DNA of 60,293 bases from assembly GCA_013002865.1 (NCBI GenBank), contig JABDLU010000118.1, positions 1 to 60,293 on the forward strand, written 5' to 3'. Positions within the stretch are counted from its first letter, which is position 1. The number at the start of each line of letters is the position of its first letter. Under the pieces are notes generated by a model. It ran no database searches. It worked only from the letters and a program-made list of their open reading frames with translations, and had not been told where the DNA came from. Source of the stretch: Acidimicrobiia bacterium (lineage in GTDB: Bacteria; Actinomycetota; Acidimicrobiia; Spongiisociales; SHLN01). The position numbers and the translations under genes were made by a program. Shown here in pieces: positions 59,159-60,293 of the stretch.

Positions 59159-59191
59159 AGGACTCCCCTCGCCTGAGGGGAGTCCTTTTTC
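59159..59191 (-). terminator. intrinsic terminator hairpin (usable in both directions)
   Basis: AGGACTCCCCTC-GCCT-GAGGGGAGTCCT, a perfect 12-bp stem. TTTTT follows on the plus strand and TTTGTTTGT on the minus strand. Lies just downstream of the anti-sigma-like gene. Confidence 0.6.
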
Positions 59192-59205
59192 TGGCTTGGA
59201 AGCTC

Positions 59206-59805
59206 CTAGCTTCCGAATGCGCTGTCGAAGGCAGCCCGTAGATCGGGAGTGGCTTCGCCGCTGTAGCCGCAGTAGTTGACCTGACCGTTCTCAGCGGTAA
59301 CCAAGTACTCACTGCCAATCTGGAAATCGATCTCACCGAGGAGCCCGCTTGGTCCGGTGGCACCGTCCAGGGTGACTTCGGCAGCATCGCCGCCGGTGTA
59401 CCAGTGATCGACGCGGAGCGTGACTTGCTCGTTGCCGATCGCCGTCACCGTCCCGGCGAACGCCGGGGACATGCCGGCCAGAATGGCCACGTCGAACTGG
59501 ATGCACATCGCCATCGCATCGCTGCTCCCGAGCGACAGTGCGAGCGGGGGCCCTTGGTACGGCGAGGTCTCCTTTCCTGAGATGGCATAGGCGGTGCCGG
59601 CTGCAACAAGAGCCATCACGGCCAGCGAGGCGGCCGCGAGCTGCCAGCGCGGCAGGAGCTTGCGCGTGGGCGATGGACGGGTGGTGGTGGTGGACATGAT
59701 GCGTTCCAATCTGTTCTGGGACGATTCGCTCGTCACTGGTTCGATCAACACACCAGCGGACATCGGGTCGAGGCTTCTGATCTGGTCACGCAGCTGGTCG
59801 CTCAT
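59206..59805 (-). CDS. putative anti-sigma factor / membrane-anchored secreted protein
   Basis: ATGA overlap with the upstream ECF sigma gene. Cytoplasmic N-terminus, one TM helix (LAAASLAVMALVAAGTAYAI) and an extracytoplasmic domain. Confidence 0.45.
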   Translation of the reverse strand: MSDQLRDQIRSLDPMSAGVLIEPVTSESSQNRLERIMSTTTTRPSPTRKLLPRWQLAAASLAVMALVAAGTAYAISGKETSPYQGPPLALSLGSSDAMAMCIQFDVAILAGMSPAFAGTVTAIGNEQVTLRVDHWYTGGDAAEVTLDGATGPSGLLGEIDFQIGSEYLVTAENGQVNYCGYSGEATPDLRAAFDSAFGS

Positions 59806-60293
59806 TGCCGAAGTTCTCCGGTGTGTCTATGCACCATGTGTCCGGATAAGTCATCGTTCTGTCGCCGATATTCGGCGCGCAAGCGTTGCTTGGCTCGGCC
59901 CAGCCGCAGAGAAGCGGCGTTGACGGTGATGCCCAGCACGACCGCAATCTCGCGGGGCTCGAGTTCCTCCCAGGCCCACAGACGAAGCAGCTCACGATCG
60001 GCCTCACCGAGTTGCTCGAACGCGACTTCGAGCTCCGGCACATCGACATCGTTCATGGATACCGAAGCCGGACTACTACCCAGGCGCTCGAGGAGGTTGC
60101 GGCGTCGCCGCGTGCTCCGGCGCTGATTGGCAAGGGCGCGACGAGCGACGCCATAGCACCACGGCAGGACCGCGCCCGGCGGGATGTCGTCGAGGCGCCG
60201 CCACAAAACCAGCAACACATCGTCGAGCAGCTCATCGGCGTCGCTTGAGGCAGCCCGCCGGCGGAGATAGCGCTGCAGCGGCTCGTACACCTC
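59802..60293 (-). CDS. ECF-type RNA polymerase sigma factor (5' end outside window)
   Basis: Region 2 (DELLDDVLLVLWRR) and region 4 HTH (LEPREIAVVLGITVNAASLRLGRAKQRL). The frame is open to the window edge. Confidence 0.8.
   Translation of the reverse strand, partial: EVYEPLQRYLRRRAASSDADELLDDVLLVLWRRLDDIPPGAVLPWCYGVARRALANQRRSTRRRRNLLERLGSSPASVSMNDVDVPELEVAFEQLGEADRELLRLWAWEELEPREIAVVLGITVNAASLRLGRAKQRLRAEYRRQNDDLSGHMVHRHTGELRQ

Overview
High-GC, very gene-dense chromosomal segment, about 85% of it coding on the minus strand. Many neighbouring genes overlap by 4 or 8 nt at stop/start junctions. Gene content and order look like Actinomycetota, possibly Acidimicrobiia-like (inference only; no searches were run). 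Two blocks resemble Mycobacterium tuberculosis loci. Block 1 (2.4-20.2 kb) carries der, a fused aroA-cmk, rluB, scpB, scpA, xerD, ald, pyrG, recN, nadK and tlyA. Block 2 (28.5-46 kb) carries helY, tatC, a tatA/B gene, pafC, pafB, pafA, prcA, prcB, pup, dop, arc/mpa and trmI, which together form a complete Pup-proteasome system. Between and around the blocks are metabolic and housekeeping genes (ispH, tdh-kbl, a ppm1-like GT2, NUDIX, GNAT and EamA proteins), an FG-GAP surface protein, an SLC12-like transporter and a partial ECF sigma/anti-sigma pair. No rRNA, tRNA, CRISPR array, IS element or prophage was seen. The most unusual observations are these. (1) Tandem heptanucleotide arrays occur only in the intergenic regions of the Pup-proteasome locus. 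TTAGTCR-type arrays abut the stop codons of pafA, arc and the GNAT gene after prcA, and a (CAGCAAT)7 array lies upstream of dop. (2) In several genes, conserved N-terminal domains extend upstream of the first ATG/GTG/TTG. This implies CTG, ATT or even GTA initiation, often in a CTGA or GTAG stop/start overlap. (3) A TtuA/ThiS-like sulfur-carrier/TrmI cluster with an unlisted 30-aa membrane micro-ORF lies directly upstream of arc. (4) A zinc-ribbon-cyclase-STAND-TPR gene sits between pafBC and an inverted pafA. All product calls rest on motif recognition by eye and should be confirmed by homology searches.
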